From NCBI GenBank assembly GCA_963774125.1, contig CAVZDR010000002.1:420605-484604 (forward strand): a DNA stretch of 64,000 nucleotides, in the 5' to 3' direction. Each line of letters begins with the position of its first letter. Position 1 is the stretch's first letter. The notes under the pieces are model-generated. The model saw only the letters and a list, made by a program, of their open reading frames with translations. It made no database searches and was not told where the DNA came from. The position numbers and the translations under genes were made by a program. Shown piece after piece: positions 63,654-64,000 of the stretch. The stretch is from an uncultured Acidimicrobiia bacterium (GTDB taxonomy: Bacteria; Actinomycetota; Acidimicrobiia; Acidimicrobiales; Ilumatobacteraceae).

Positions 63654-64000
63654 CCGCGACGGAAGCACCCGTCTCCGCAGCGGGCAACCCGATCGGGTTC
63701 GGCCGGATGCTGCGCAAGGAGGACGCTCGGTTCCTGCGCGGCCGCGGCAACTACCTCGACGACGTGCAGCTGCCCGGGCATGCTGCACGGGGCGATCCTC
63801 GCCAGCCCGTACGCCCACGCCCGCATCGTGCTCGATCGACACGTCGGCGGCCGAGGCCCACCCGAAGGTCAAGGCAGTGATCACGGGCGCGATGCTCGAC
63901 GGCCTGAAGCTGGCCTGGATGCCGACGCTGTCGGCCGACGTGCAGGCGGTGCTGGCCACCGACAAGGTGCGCTACCAGGGCCAGGAGGTGGCCTTCGTCA
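63650..64000 (+). pseudogene. molybdopterin-binding large subunit (CoxL/XdhA-like), 3' end outside window; two frame breaks in the first 200 nt
   Basis: MTATEAPVSAAGNPIGFGRMLRKEDARFLRGRGNYLDDVQLPG, then MLHGAILASPYAHARIV, then SIDTSAAEAHPKVKAVITGAMLDGLKLAWMPTLSADVQAVLATDKVRYQGQEVAFV. The breaks are near 63780 and 63832. Confidence 0.75.

Overview
Visibly very GC-rich DNA, with G/C at almost every third codon position. It reads as core chromosome of an actinobacterium. The lineage markers are a mycothiol-dependent formaldehyde dehydrogenase next to an MBL hydrolase, NucS, Kgd-type 2-oxoglutarate dehydrogenase and a WhiG/FliA sigma factor. The block rpsB-tsf-pyrH-frr-cdsA-dxr-rseP-ispG lies beside whiG-xerC-dprA-comM, which fits the same assignment. 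About 60 protein genes are tightly packed, and many are joined by ATGA/GTGA/TGATG stop-start overlaps. I recognised no rRNA, tRNA, CRISPR array, transposase or prophage by eye. Three things stand out. (1) Many genes can only be read by changing frame. These breaks are scattered singly in housekeeping genes (kgd, tsf, dxr, nucS, xthA, ubiB) and are extremely dense in two zones, 26.3-29.3 kb and 62.3-64.0 kb. The 13.5 kb from 29.2 to 42.7 kb needs no frame change at all. I list such genes as pseudogene, meaning frame-disrupted as sequenced; consensus indel error is the leading explanation. (2) Intergenic DNA carries at least two dispersed repeat families and several short tandem duplications placed exactly at gene boundaries. 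(3) A few gene products are unusual. One is a membrane protein with His-rich spacers and two tandem copies of a His/Cys-studded domain that I cannot name. Another is a NYN-S1-like protein with a poly(AKKP) tail. A third item is a TetR divergon with a palindrome-dense control region and flavin monooxygenase, OsmC, hydrolase and glycosyltransferase genes. I found no clear complete novel system such as a defence island. All calls rest on reading the ORF translations and the DNA; no searches were run.
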